Assembly: GCF_963921235.1 (NCBI RefSeq)
Contig: NC_086097.1
Coordinates: 131,256,001-131,320,000 of the forward strand
Length of the DNA stretch: 64,000 nt
DNA from: Mobula hypostoma
Taxonomy: Eukaryota
Direction: 5' to 3'
Shown here: piece by piece, positions 25,190 to 37,802 of the stretch
Layout of the letters: each line of letters begins with the position of its first letter
How positions within the stretch are numbered: position 1 is the first letter of the stretch
The notes under the pieces: model-generated
Told to the model about the DNA's origin: nothing
Seen by the model: only the letters and a program-made list of their open reading frames with translations
The model's database searches: none
Made by a program: the position numbers and the translations under genes

Positions 25190-27650
25190 TAGGGTTAGGA
25201 TTTAAAAGGTGGGGGAGAGAAGGAAGAAACACAATGTAATAGGAGAAATCGGGAGGAGGACGGATGGTAAGGAGCAGGGAAGTTGATTGGTGAAAGAGAT
25301 TCAGGGCTGGAGAAGGGGGAACTTAATAGGAGAAGACAGAGGCCATGGAAGAAAGAGGCGGAGGAGCACCAGAGGGAGGTGATGGGCAGGCAAGGAGATA
25401 AGGTGAGAGAGGGAAAGGAGATGGGAAATGGTGAAGTGGAGGACACTACCGAAAGTTTGAGAAATCGATGTTCAAGCCATCAGTTTGGAGGCTACCCAGA
25501 CAGAATATAAGGTGTTTCTCCAACTTGAGTTTGGCCTCATCGCGGCAGTAAAGGAGGCCATGGATTGACATATTGGAATGGGAATGGGAAGCGGAATAAA
25601 AGTGGTTGGCCACCGGGAGATCTTGCTTCTTCTGGTGGATGGAGTGTAGCTGCTCTGAAAAGTGGTCTCGTTGGGTCTCACCGGTATGCAGGAGGTCACA
25701 CCAGGAGCACCAGACACAGTATATGACCCCAACAGATTCACAAGTGAAATGTTGCCTCACCCAGAAGGACTGTTTGGGGCCCTGAATGATAGTGATGGAG
25801 GAAGTGTAGGGGCAAGTGTAGCACTTGTTCTGCTTGCAAGGATAAGTGCCAGGAGGGAGATCAGTGGGGAGGGACGAATGGGCAATGGAGTTGTGTAGGG
25901 AGCGGTCTCTGTGGAAAGCAGAAAGTGAGGAGGGGTGGGGAGAGGAAAAGATGTGCTTGGTGGTAGGATCCAGTTGGAGATGATGGAAGTTCCGGAGAAT
26001 TATGTGTTTGACACGGAGGCTGGTGGGGTGGTAGGTGAGGACAAGAGGAACCCTATCCCTGGTAGGATGGTAGGAGGATGAGGTGAAAGCAGATGTGTGT
26101 GAAATGGAAGAAGGTTGATGGTGGAGGAAGGGAAGCCCTTTTCTTTGAAAAAGGAGGACATCTTCTTCATTCCGGAATGAAAAGCCTCATCCTGAGAGCA
26201 GATGTGGCAGAGATGGAGGAATTGAGAGATGGTGTTTTTACAAGTAATAGGGAGGGAAGAGGTACAGTGCAGGTAGCTCTGAGAGTCTGTGGGTTAATAA
26301 TAATAATCAGTAGATAGGCTAGCTCCAGAGGTAGAGACAGAGAGATCGAGAAAGGGGAGGGAGGTGTTGGAAATGGCCTAGGTCAATTTGAGGGCAGGGT
26401 GGAAGTTGGAGGCAATGTTGATGAAGTCGACGAGCTCTGCATGGATGCAGGAGAAGCAGCACCAATGTAGTCATCAATGTAGCGTAGGAAGAGTGGAGGA
26501 CGGACACCAGTGTAGGCTTGGAATATAGACTGTTCCACGCAGCGGACAAAAAGGCAGCCATTGCAAATGCCCATGGCCACACCTTTTGTTTGAAGGAATT
26601 GGGAGGAGCCAAAGGAGAAATTATTAAGAGTGAGGACGTTCCGCTAGATGGAGGAGAGTGGTGTTGGAGGGGATCTGGTTGGGACTGGTGTCCAGAAAGA
26701 AACAGAGGGCCTTGAAGCCCTCATAGTGGGGGATGGAGGCGTATAGGGACTGGACCTCCACAGTGAAAACAAGACGATGGGGGCCAGGGAACTTGAAATT
26801 ATTGAAAAGATCCAGAGCGTGTGAAGTGTCACGGATGTAGGTGGGAAGGGACTGAACTGGGGAGATAAAACAGAGTTGAGGTATGAGTTCAGTGGGGCAG
26901 GAACAAGCAGAAACAATGGGTCTACCTGGGCAAGCATGTTTGTGGATTTTGGGTAGGAGGTAGAAATGGGAGGTGTGGGGTGAAGGAACTATGAGGTTGG
27001 TGGCAGTGGATGGGAGATCCCCAGAGCTAATAAGGTTGGTGATGGTGTGGGAGACAATAGCCTGGTGTTCCTTAGAGGGTTTCTGTTCAAGGGGTAAGAG
27101 GAGGTGTCTGAGAGTTGTTGCTGGGCCTCAGCAAGGTAGAGGTCAGTCCGCCAGACTACTGCAGCACCCCCTTTATCTGCAGGCTTGTTGGTGAGGTTAG
27201 GATTAGTGCAGAGGGAGTGGAGAGCAGAGCGTTTAGAAGGAGTGAGGTTGGAATTGGAGAGAGGAGTGTTAAAGTCTAGACGGTTGATGTCCCACCGTCA
27301 GTTGGCAATGAAAAGGTCCAGAGCAGGCAGAAGACCAGGGCGGTGTGTGGCCAAGAAGAGGGTAAGGATTGAAAACGGGAGAAGATGTCATTGGTGCGAA
27401 CTAGAGAGTCCTTGCCAAAGAAGTATGTTTGGAGACGGAGGCGGCAGAAGATAAGCTCAGCGTCATGGTGGGCACAGAACTCACTGAGGTGTGGGTGCGG
27501 GGGACAAAGATGAGGCCCTTACTGAGGACAGAACATTCTGCATCAGAGAGGGGAAGGTTCGAGGCAATGGTGAAGACCTGGCACAGATGAGAGCTGGGAT
27601 CAGAAGGGGGAAGAGGATTAGTAGTGTCTGAGGAGCAGGGAGGATTGGGC
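25190..27650 (-). mobile_element. Penelope-like retroelement (Neptune-type), ~2.5 kb, degenerate RT plus GIY-YIG endonuclease
   Basis: Minus strand encodes SVLSKGLIFVP (N-part), MAMG..LFV..VEQ..FLRYIDDYIG (RT), the Cys linker GTYPCKQNKCYTCPY, and FTCESVGVIYCVWCSWC..HTGET..LIFCLGSLQTDGLN (GIY-YIG). Several frameshifts. Confidence 0.92.
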
Positions 27651-27651
27651 T

Positions 27652-28760
27652 GCACATGAGTCTGCTTAATGAGCTAAGAGCCCATGGTATTACAGAAAGG
27701 ATAACTAGCATTGGTTGATTGCAGAAGACAAAGAGTGGGAACAAAGGGAGCATTTCTGTTTGGCTGTCGGTGTTCCACAGGTGTTGGTTTTAGTTCTGCT
27801 ACTTGTGATGTTATATGCTAATGATCTGGATGATGGAAATGATGGCTTTGTGGCCAGGTTTGTGAAAGATATAAAGTTAGGTGGAGGGACAGGTAGTGCT
27901 GAGGAAGCAGGTAGTCTGCAGAAGGACTGGACAGATCAGGAGAATGGGCAAAGAAGTGGCATTGGAATACAGTGTCAGGAAGTGTGTGGTTTTGTATTTT
28001 GGTAGAAGAAATAAATGCACAAACCATTCTCTAAATGGGGAGCAAATACAAAAATCAAAGGAGCAAAAGGACTTGGGAGTGCAGGATTCCCTAAAGGTTA
28101 ACTTGCAAGGTGAGTTGGTAGTAAGGAAGGCAAATGCAAAGTTAGCATTCATTTCAAGAGGACTAGAGTATCAAAGCAAGGATATAATGCTGAGACTTTA
28201 GAAGATATTAGTCAGACCACATTTGGTGTATTGTGAGCAGTTTTGGTTTCCATATCTAAGAAAGGATGTGCTAACATCGGAAGGAATCCTGAAAGTGTTT
28301 CCGTGAATGAGTCCTGGAATATGTATGGGTAGTGATTAATGATTCTAGGCCTGCACTCGCTAGAGTTTAGAAGAATGACAGGGGATCTCGTTGAAACCTA
28401 CCGACTTTTGAAAGGCCTGAGTGGATGTGGAGAGGGTGCTTCCAATAGTGGGAGACTCTAGGTCTAGGATGACAGAGCCTGAGAATAGAAGGATGTTCCT
28501 TTAGATCAGTGATGAGGAGAAATTTCTTTCACCAGCAGTTAGTGATTCTGTGCAGTTCATTGCCACCAGTGGCTGTGGAGGCCAAGTCACTGGATATATT
28601 TAATGTGGAGTTTGATGGATTCTTGAATCGTAAGTGCATCAAACGTTACAGAAAGAAAACAGGAGAATGGGGATGAGAGCGAAAATAAATCACTCAAAGT
28701 GGAATGGCAGAGCAAACTTGATGAGCTGAAAGGCTTAATTCTGCTCCTATGTCTTACAGT
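27652..28760 (+). mobile_element. CR1 LINE, 5'-truncated, degenerate
   Basis: AHGIT..GVPQV..NDLDDG..KCVVLYFGRRN..KDLGVQDSLKV..VRKANAKLAFISRGLEY, followed by a CR1 tail. Confidence 0.9.
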
Positions 28761-28764
28761 CATG

Positions 28765-29640
28765 CAGACAATAGTCGGTGTGGATTGGTGGTAACATCTC
28801 CTTTTCTGATTATCAGCACAAGAGCACCTCAAGGATATGTGTTTAGCCCACCACTCTACTCTTTATGCATTCTGTGTGGCTAGGCACAGCTCAAATGCCA
28901 TTTATAAATTTGATGATAATACCACAGATAGTGAGGAATACAGGATTGGCTGGTTGATTGTGTCACAACAATGTCACACTTCACGTCAGCAAGGCTGCAG
29001 AACTGATTGTGGACTTCAGTGAGGGAAAGTCAGGAAAATACATACTAGACCTCATTGATGGGTCTGCGGTGGAAAGGGTGACCAACTTCAAATTCCTGGG
29101 TGTTAGGATCTAAGAAGACCTATCCTGGGCCGAACACATTAATGCAATCACAAAGATGGCTACACCAGCTCTACTACATTCGGAGTTTAAGGAAATTTCA
29201 TATGTCACTAAAGACTCTTACAAATTTCTACAGGTAAATGGTAGAGAGCATCCTGACTGGTGCATCACCACCTGGAGTGAAGTCTCCAATGCACAGGATT
29301 GGAAGAGTCTGCAGAGTTTTTGATTCAGCCTGCTTCATTATGGGCACAACAATCCTCTCCAACATTAAGGACATCTTCAGGAGGCTGTGCCTTAATAGGT
29401 GGCTCTATCCTGAAGGCCCTCGCCATCTGGGTCATGTCCTCCTTTCATTACTACCATTGAGGAGGAGCCCGAAGACCCACACCCAATGATTCAGGAACAG
29501 TTTCTTTTGCTCTACCATAAGATTTCCGAATGATCTATGAAGCTATGAATGCCACCTTATTATTGCAATATTTATTACTACTACTGCCACAGAACAACAC
29601 ATTTCCCATCAGAAAAGAAATCGGATTCTAATTCTGATTC
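28765..29640 (+). mobile_element. Rex1/Babar-type LINE fragment
   Basis: APQG.V.SP.LYSL, SNAIYKFDDNTT, VESILTG. Tail GGATTCTAATTCTGATTC. Confidence 0.85.
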
Positions 29641-29933
29641 AATTAGCTTTTCCTGACAAGTTGGCATTTAGTGAACAGAAGCATTTGCAGTTTTCAGCAT
29701 AGCCCTTTGAAGTTGCCAGTAAAAGCATGGTAACTTGATGAATTAACAAACCTATTCAGTTATCCAGACTGAAACGTTGACTGTCCACTTTGTATAGGCT
29801 ACATGCAGTGTGTAAAGGATTCTAAAGGATTGAGCTTATTTATTTTAAGTGTATTAAAAGTGTTACTGAATTAGTAAAAATTACCTCCAAAATTTCAGCC
29901 CCAAAGAATTTGCTACAACAATGTCCTGACATA

Positions 29934-30765
29934 TGGTGCCTATAAAAAGTATTCACCCTTCCTTGGAAGTTTTCATGTTTTATTGTTTTACAACATTGAA
30001 TCATAGTGGATCTAAATTTGCTTTTTTGACACTGATCAACAGAAAAAGAATTTTTTAGTGTCAAAGTGAAAATAGATCACTATAAAGTGATCTAAATTAA
30101 TTACAAATATAAAACAAAATAATTGATTGCGTAAGTACTCACCCCCTTCAAATCAGTATTTAGTAGATGCACCTTTGGCATCAATTATAGCCATGAGTCT
30201 ATGTGGGTAAATCCCTATCAGCTTTACACATCAGGACATTGTCATTTTTGCCTGTTCATCTTTATAAAACTGCTCAAGCTCTGTCAGAATGCATGGGGAT
30301 CGTGAGTGAACAGCCCTTTTCAAGTCCAGCCAAAAATTCTCAATTGGTTTGAGGTTGGAACTCTGACTTGGCCGCTCCAGGATATTAACCTTGTTGTTTT
30401 TAAGCCATTCCTGTGCAGCATTGGCTTTAAGCTTGGGATCTTTGTCTTGCTGGAAAACAAATCTTCTCCCAAATCGCAGTTCTCTTGCAGACTAAAATCA
30501 GGTTTTCTGCAAGGATTTCCCTGTATTTTGCTGCATTTATTTTACCCTCTGTCTTCACAAGCCTTCCAGGGCCTGTTGCAGTGAAGCATCGCCACAGCAT
30601 GATGCAGCCACCACAACGCTTCATGGTAGGGATGATGTGTGGTGTTTGGCTTACGCCAAACATAATATTTAGTCTGATGGGCGAAACACTCAATTTTGGT
30701 TTCATGAGACCATAGAACCTTCTTCTAGCTGACTTCAGAATCTCCCACATGTATTTATGAGGCAC
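29934..30765 (-). mobile_element. Tc1/mariner DNA transposon, one end plus transposase C-terminus
   Basis: TA then TGGTGCCTATAAAAAGTATTCACCC (TIR) and an inner repeat TAAGTACTCACCCCC at ~30132. Minus strand encodes PTMKRCGGCIMLWRCFTATGPGRLVK.EGKINAAKYREIL and WPSQS.NL.PIEN.W. Confidence 0.9.
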
Positions 30766-30799
30766 TGAAACATAGAATAATTATGAGGCTTAATGGCAA

Positions 30800-30993
30800 G
30801 AGATCAGAAGAGACAAATTAAATATAAGCTGGTCAAGGCTTGAGCAGATATCAAGATGAGCACTTAAATGACCTAGGTAAGAAGCCTATGGGTCAAGTCC
30901 TGGAAAGATGGGGTCAATACTGATGATGGGTGTTCATTGGTTGGCATGGACATGGTGGTCAAGGCTTGAGCAGATATCAGTGCTGTATATCTA
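30800..30993 (+). mobile_element. CR1 3' end remnant containing a 24-bp direct repeat
   Basis: TGGTCAAGGCTTGAGCAGATATCA at 30830-30853 and 30956-30979. CR1 tail motif TTGGCATGGACATGGTGG. Confidence 0.55.
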
Positions 30994-31504
30994 TCACCAC
31001 TGACATTATCTGTGATTGAGGTATCATGGAATGATGTCAACAATTTAGCTACAGAACTACAGTGAACATGTAGTAAGTAATTCAGCTACAGAAGGGAATG
31101 ACTCTGCGCATGATGAATTCTACCTTATGGCCAGGATACACTAAGTAAAGAGTGGAGACCAATAATTGAAGATGGGATCTGGAATTCACATTGTTTTGGA
31201 GTGATAGCATAGGGAAAAACAGGCATTTTAATAGCCTTTAAGTATTCGTCAGAGAGAGAGAATAAGTCTTGGAAATGTGGAGAAAGAGCTGGTGAATGGG
31301 ATTTAGCATAGATTTGTTGGGCTGAATAATCTGTTGTTGATCAGGAACAATTCTATAATCCTATGAGCATAAAATTGATAAAGGAGGTCAGTTTTAAGGA
31401 ATGCCAAAAGGATGGAGGGGGAGGAAGGAAGATATTTCATCCCAGTGCAGTTTTCCTTCATGAGAAATGTGATTTATTGTATATCTTTCATTACCTCAGA
31501 ACTG

Positions 31505-31770
31505 AGGGGTAACTTAAGGATCAACTACACTGCTGTGTCTGGAATCACAGTGGCTGACGGTGACAAATCCTTTCTCCGGAAACTGATGTGTCTGGTAGTT
31601 TTGTGGCTACTTTTCCTAGAACTAGCGTTTGTTAAAAAATTTCAGATTTACTTAGTTACTTGAATTTAAATTCCCCAGCTGCCATGGTGGGATTTGAACT
31701 CTTATCTCTGGATTATCGGTCTTGAACTCTGACTACTAATCCACCAATTAACTACCATGCTACTGTACTA
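31505..31770 (-). mobile_element. tRNA-derived elasmobranch SINE
   Basis: Minus strand GTAGCATGGTAG (A-box-like)...GAGTTCAAATCCCACCATGGCAGCTGGGGAATTTAAATTCAA (B box and body). Confidence 0.7.
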
Positions 31771-31934
31771 CCAGGCAGGAATTAAATGACTTTTTTATCC
31801 CTCAATTTTCTATCCCTTTTCCTCTACTTTTATTTCCTCATGGAAGATGCAATCAGCCTGACCCAAGAAAGTCTAGCTCCCGTATTCTCAGCGAAGTGTA
31901 CTCTTTTACATTGTGCATTGCGATATTTTTTTCA

Positions 31935-32225
31935 ATGGCCTGGAAGCACTTACCACCAGACTCAACTTCTATCCCACCATTAATTTAGCAAAATAATGTG
32001 GATTCTTGACCTCACAATCTACATTGTCATGGCATTACACTTTAATGTCTGCCTGCACTGCGATTTCTCTGTAACTGTCGCACTTTGTTCTGCATTCTGT
32101 TATTATTTTTCATTTGTACAATCTTGATGAAATGAAGTGTTGAAATGATCTTGACTGCGTGCAAATCAAAGTTTTACATGCATTGTGGTACATGTGACAA
32201 TAATAAAACAATTACCAATTACAAA
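31935..32225 (+). mobile_element. Rex1/Babar-type 3'UTR
   Basis: ACCACCAGACTCAAC..TGCACTGCGATTTCTCTGTAACTGT..GTACATGTGACAATAATAAAACAATTACCAATTAC. Same family as 60968-61330. Confidence 0.7.
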
Positions 32226-33299
32226 TTAACATGTACCAGTGAGGCATAAAGGGCTTCACTGGATGGACAGGACTGTGCTTGATGTGACCAGTTGCTTGTA
32301 TTTAACCCTCACTTTACTCCTTCACTCACCTCTAATGCTGCTTTTGGGATGCATCATACTGGAGACCTCCATTTCACAGACCTACTAAATGAAACTGGTA
32401 GTGAGCGACAATTAGGCCTCAGTCGGCTAAACCTGAGCACCCCAACGGACTATGAGAGCTTGTGTTTTTAAAGAGACTTTCCTTGCTTTTTACTGCTTCT
32501 GATGCTTAAAAGACATTTAAAAAATAACTTAAATGGATTGAAATAATTAAGAAGATGGAATACATTTAGCTAAAATGTATTGAATTACCTTAAATTAACA
32601 CAATAAAATAAAAGCAACATAATCATTTCAAAAAAAATAAAGCTTTCCTCCAAATAGATGAAAATTTGAACTAAATTCCAATAAGGGCTAACAAATGGGA
32701 AATAATAGACACTAATCAGGGTTTTGAAGTTCTGTTCTGTGTTTATAACTTTACAATGAAATTGCAGATTTAAAGTTTTAAAACTGAAATAGGATGTAAA
32801 GTTAAAATAAAAGATAGCAACTTGTTGACCTGCTTTTCATTGGTGATTGGTATATCTTTTACAGAAGCTTGAATCACTCAGCTGTGGTTGGATAGAGTAG
32901 TCTGTCTATGTGGAATTACCTTTGATACATTGGTGCATCAGAATGATTCTTTTCCCAGGTGATAGGGCCAGGTTTCCCTGTGCTGTTGGAACCACCGGGA
33001 GAGACAAAAATTTGCAGCAAGTTAGACTGACTGGATCTCAACAGGGGCAGATGCTAGATCTATTCAAAAGCCCCTGCAGTCAGTCATATAGATGGCTGCA
33101 GTTAGGGATACAAATGACAGCCCTGTCCAATGGATATATATGTTTACATCTCTACAGAGATAGAATTCGGAAAGTCTGCCTACATTCACATGATAAATAT
33201 TCTCTGAAGACAAAAGGAAGAATTGTCTAATACTCGGTGGAATATATGTTCATTCAGCACTTAATTTAAAAAAGAATGAGTTTGTGGGATATAGTCCGT

Positions 33300-33480
33300 T
33301 GACTTGTAGTGGCATTTTTTGTTTCAAAGTGATTATGATTAATAGAGCAGCTGAGTCTTTGTCAAATGCAATGAAACTAATGCTTGAAATACAGCGATTC
33401 AGAGTAGATTCATACCTGCTGACCGTTTGGTCCACCAAGTGCCCATTGGTGCTTGTGATCCTCTTGCACTGCAAGATTCA
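33300..33480. promoter_or_regulatory. Candidate conserved non-coding element
   Basis: TTCAAAG, TGATTATGATTAAT (Pbx/Hox-like), CAGCTG and CTTTGTCA packed into ~70 bp. Confidence 0.35.
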
Positions 33481-33559
33481 GGGAGAGTGTGAGGAATGGC
33501 ATTGATCATAAGTATAGAAGGAAAAAAAGAGTAACTTTAAAGTATGAAAATGATTTGAG

Positions 33560-33730
33560 ACATGAGTCTGCAGTTGCTGGAATCTGGAACAACGAACAAT
33601 CTGCAGGAGCAACAGTGGATCAAGCTGCATCTATGGGAGGAAAGGAATTTTTAATGTTTCACATCGAAACCTTGCACAGACATTGGACCTAAAATATCAA
33701 TAATTGCTTTGTCTGCGTTGATGCTGTTTG
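33560..33730. mobile_element. Penelope-like pLTR remnant, partly inverted
   Basis: CTGCAGTTGCTGGAATCTGGAAC...GCTGCATCTATGGGAGGAAAGG...GATGCTG. Confidence 0.55.
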
Positions 33731-34363
33731 TTGCATGCGGATGTGTGATTGCGTCTGGTAGGGAAGTGGGAAGCAGAAATCCAAACCACCTCAAATATCA
33801 TGCACACCCTCTGTTTTTGGTTTCAACAGAGTCATGAGAAGGCAAACCTTCTCTATAGAACAGGTCTGCTAGCGAAATCTTTCAAGGAACCCCTGCCTTC
33901 ATTTTAATGGTTTTTTCTTGTTTACAGCAGGTATTGGGGATAAAAGTTGTCAAATTAATTCAGGAAGAGTACAATTCCAAAAATAAAACCTTCGTTTAAC
34001 TCAGTGATTACCCCTGATGCTCCATCACTAACCTTCCTCCCTGGGATTCTGTTATGCCAGCACTATAGTCAATCTCTGCATCTTCAACCAATTTCCTCAC
34101 CCTGTCCAATCCTTAAGATTCTGACTGTCCCTGACATCCCTATCACTACATCCAGTCTGCAAACTCCTGCCTTTATTTGCTGTTTCTCTACAAACTCGTC
34201 CCAGGCAATGAATGAACTTAAGAACTCTGAGTTGATCTTTGGTAATTGTTTCTGTGTAGATACAGTGAAAAGCTTTGATTTACATACCATTCAAATGGAT
34301 CATTCCGTTCATTGAGGTAGTACAAAAAAAACACAGAATGCAGAATATAGTGTTACATTCACA

Positions 34364-37100
34364 TGATATAGTTGGGATCACAGAGACATGGCTCCAGGGT
34401 GACCAAGGATGGGAGCTCAACGTTCAGGGATATTCAATATTCAGGAGGGATAGACATGAAGGAAGGGGAGGTGGGGCGGCGTTGCTGGTTAAAGAAGAGA
34501 TTAACGCAATAGAAAGGAAGGACATAAGCCAGGAAGATGTGGAATCGATATGGGTAGAGCTGCGTAACACTAAGGGGCAGAAGACGCTGGTGGGAGTTGT
34601 GTACAGGCCACCTAACAGTAGTAGTGAGGTCGGAGATGGTATTAAACAGGAAATTAGAAATGTGTGCAATAAAGGAACAGCAGTTATAATGGGTGACTTC
34701 AATCTACATGTAGATTGGGTGAACCAAATTGGTAAAGGTGCTGAGGAAGAGGATTTCTTGGAATGTATGCGAGATGGTTTTTTGAACCAACATATCGAGG
34801 AACCAACTAGAGAGCAGGCTATTCTGGACTGGGTTTTGAGCAATGAGGAAGGGTTAATTAGCAATCTTGTCGTGAGAGGCCCCTTGGGTAAGAGTGATCA
34901 TAATATGGTGGAATTCTTCATTAAGATGGAGAATGACATAGTTAATTCAGAAATAAAGGTTCTGAACTTAAAGAGGGGTAACTTTGAAGGTATGAGACGT
35001 GAATTAGCTAAGATAGACTGGCAAATGACACTTAAAGGATTGACGGTGGATATGCAATGGCAAGCATTTAAAGGTTGCATGGATGAACTACAACAATTGT
35101 TCATCCCAGTTTGGCAAAAGAATAAATCAAGGAAGGTAGTGCACCCGTGGCTGACAAGAGAAATTAGGGATAGTATCAATTCCAAAGAAGAAGCATACAA
35201 ATTAGCCAGAGAAAGTGGCTCACTTGAGGACTGGGAGAAATTCAGAGTTCAGCAGAGGAGGACAAAGGGCTTAATTAGGAAGGGGAAAAAAGATTATGAG
35301 AGAAAACTGGCAGGGAACATAAAAACTGACTGTAAAAGCTTTTATAGATATGTAAAAAGGAAAAGACTGGTAAAGACAAATGTAGGTCCCCTACAGACAG
35401 AAACAGGTGAATTGATTATGGGGAGCAAGGACATGGCAGACCAATTGAATAATTACTTTGGTTCTGTCTTCACTAAGGAGGACATAAATAATCTTCCAGA
35501 AATAGTAGGGGACAAAGGGTCCAGTGAGATGGAGGAACTGAGCGAAATACATGTTAGTAGGGAAGTGGTGTTAGGTAAATTGAAGGGATTGAAGGCAGAT
35601 AAATCCCCAGGGCCAGATGGTCTGCATCCTAGAGTGCTTAAGGAAGTAGCCCAAGAAATAGTGGATGCATTAGTGATAATTTTTCAAAACTCGTTAGATT
35701 CTGGACTAGTTCCTGAGGATTGGAGGGTGGCTAATGTAACCCCACTTTTTAAAAAAGGAGGGAGAGAGAAACCGGGGAATTATAGACCGGTTAGCCTAAC
35801 GTCGGTGGTGGGGAAACTGCTGGAGTCAGATATCAAAGATGTGATAACAGCACATTTGGAAAGCGGTGAAATCATCGGACAAAGTCAGCATGGATTTGTG
35901 AAAGGAAAATCATGTCTGACGAATCTCGTAGAATTTTTTGAGGATGTAACTAGTAGAGTGGATAGGGGAGAACCAGTGGATGTGGTATATTTGGATTTTC
36001 AAAAGGCTTTTGACAAGGTCCCACACAGGAGATTAGTGTGCAAACTTAAAGCACACGGTATTGGGGGTAAGGTATTTATGTGGATGGAGAATTGGTTAGC
36101 AGACAGGAAGCAAAGAGTGGGAATAAACGGGATCTTTTCAGAATAGCAGGCGGTGACTAGTGGGGTACCGCAAGGCTCAGTGCTGGGACCCCAGTTGTTT
36201 ACAATATATATTAATGACTTGGATGAGGGAATTAAATGCAGCATCTCCAAGTTTGCGGATGACATGAAGCTGGGCGGCAGTGTTAGCTGTGAGGAGGATG
36301 CTAAGAGGATGCAGGGTGACTTGGATAGGTTGGGTGAATGGGCAAATTCATGGCAGATGCAATTTAATGTGGATAAATGTGAAGTTATCCACTTTGGTGG
36401 CAAAAATAAGAAAACAGATTATTATCTGAATGGTGGCCGATTAGGAAAAGGGGAGGTGCAACGAGATCTGGGTGTCATTATACACCAGTCATTGAAAGTG
36501 GACATGCAGGTACAGCAGGCGTTGAAAAAGGCGAATGGTATGCTGGCATTTATAGCGAGAGGATTCGAGTACAGGAGCAGGGAGGTACTACTGCAGTTGT
36601 ACAAGGCCTTGGTGAAACCACAGCTGGAGTATTGTGTGCAGTTTTGGTCCCCTAATCTGAGGAAAGACATCCTTGCCATAGAGGGAGTACAAAGAAGGTT
36701 CACCAGATTGATTCCTGGGATGGCAGGACTTTCATATGAAGAAAGACTGGATGAACTGGGCTTGTACTCATTGGAATTTAGAAGATTGAGGGGGGATCTG
36801 ATTGAAACGTATAAAATCCTAAAGGGATTGGACACGCTAGATGCAGGAAGATTGTTCCCGATGTTGGGGAAGTCCAGAACAAGGGGCCACAGTTTGAGGA
36901 TAAAGGGGAAGCCTTTTAGGACCGAGATTAGGAAAAACTTCTTCACACAGAGAGTGGTGAATCTGTGGAATTCTCTGCCACAGGAAACAGTTGAGGCCAG
37001 TTCATTGGCTATATTTAAGAGGGAGTTAGATATGGCCCTTGTGGCTATGGGGGTCAGGGGGTATGGAGGGAAGGCTGGGGTGGGGTTCTGTGTTGGATGA
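34364..37100 (+). pseudogene. CR1 ORF2 with a single in-frame nonsense codon
   Basis: ORFs 34275-36146 and 36153-37100 share a frame and are separated only by TAG at 36144-36146 (FSE*QAVTSGVPQG, where W is expected). Confidence 0.93.
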
Positions 37101-37191
37101 TCAGCCATGATCATAATAAATGGCGGTGCAGGCTCGAAGGGCCGAATGGCCTACTCCTGCACCTATTTTCTATGTTTCTATGTTTCTATGT
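34364..37191 (+). mobile_element. Young CR1 LINE: 5'-truncated ORF2 (APE endonuclease plus RT) with intact 3' end
   Basis: GITETWL, GDFN and SDH (endonuclease); PGPDG, NYRPVSL, YLDFQKAFDKV, GVPQGSVLGP and FADD (RT). Ends in a 3' stem plus (TTTCTATG)n tail. Candidate TSD TTCACA at 34358-34363 and 37192-37197. Confidence 0.97.
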
Positions 37192-37802
37192 TTCACAGAG
37201 AAAGTGTAGTGCAGGCAGACAGATTCAGTGTAAGGGTCATGACAAGGTCGACTAGAAAATCTTTATCTTAAAAGAAGTCTATTTAAGAATCTTATAAGTT
37301 CAAGTTCAAGTTTTTGCTATTTAACCAAACACATCTATACCAACAATGAGACAACCTTCCTTTGAAACAAAGTGCACAAGACAGTACATATAACTGACAC
37401 ACTTATCACACAAAGTAATATTACCTCAAATAAGTTAACAAGTAATAAGGTGCATTTATGTCACAAGTTAAAAGTAAACCGGATAATGCTACTGGCTTGG
37501 AGTTCAGTAGTCTTGCAGCCTGGGGGAAGAAGCTGTTGCCCATCTTAACAGTTCTTGTCCAAATGGATGGTACCTCCTTCCTGATGGTAATGGGTCAAAG
37601 AGGTTGTTGGAGGAGCTGTCCTTGGGCCTGGTGATTCATGTTCTTGTACTCTTATACTTTCAGCCTGATGGGGGGCAGGGGAGGATGACCGGGCAGGGAG
37701 GGGCTTTGACTGTGTTGACTGCTTTCCTGAAGCAATGGGAAGTTTAGACTGAGTTCATGGAGTAGAGGCTGGTTTTTATGATAGACTGGGATGAATTCTC
37801 AA

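Larger units (their letters stand above)
34240..37800 (-). mobile_element. Host Rex1/Babar-type 3' end, split by a CR1 (34364-37191) and a second Rex-type tail (37296-37610)
   Basis: The flanks ACAGAATGCAGAATATAGTGTTACATTCACA | GAGAAAGTGTAGTGCAGGCAGACAG rejoin to match the uninterrupted copy at 61090-61145. Confidence 0.7.

Noticed and set aside
34275..34363. N-terminal extension of the 623-aa ORF
   Set aside because: Read-through from the flanking host repeat; CR1 homology begins only at about DIVGITETW.
36422..37114. 230-aa antisense ORF, plus 34424-34864, 34898-35200 and 35999-36403
   Set aside because: Shadow frames on the opposite strand of CR1 ORF2; no independent features.
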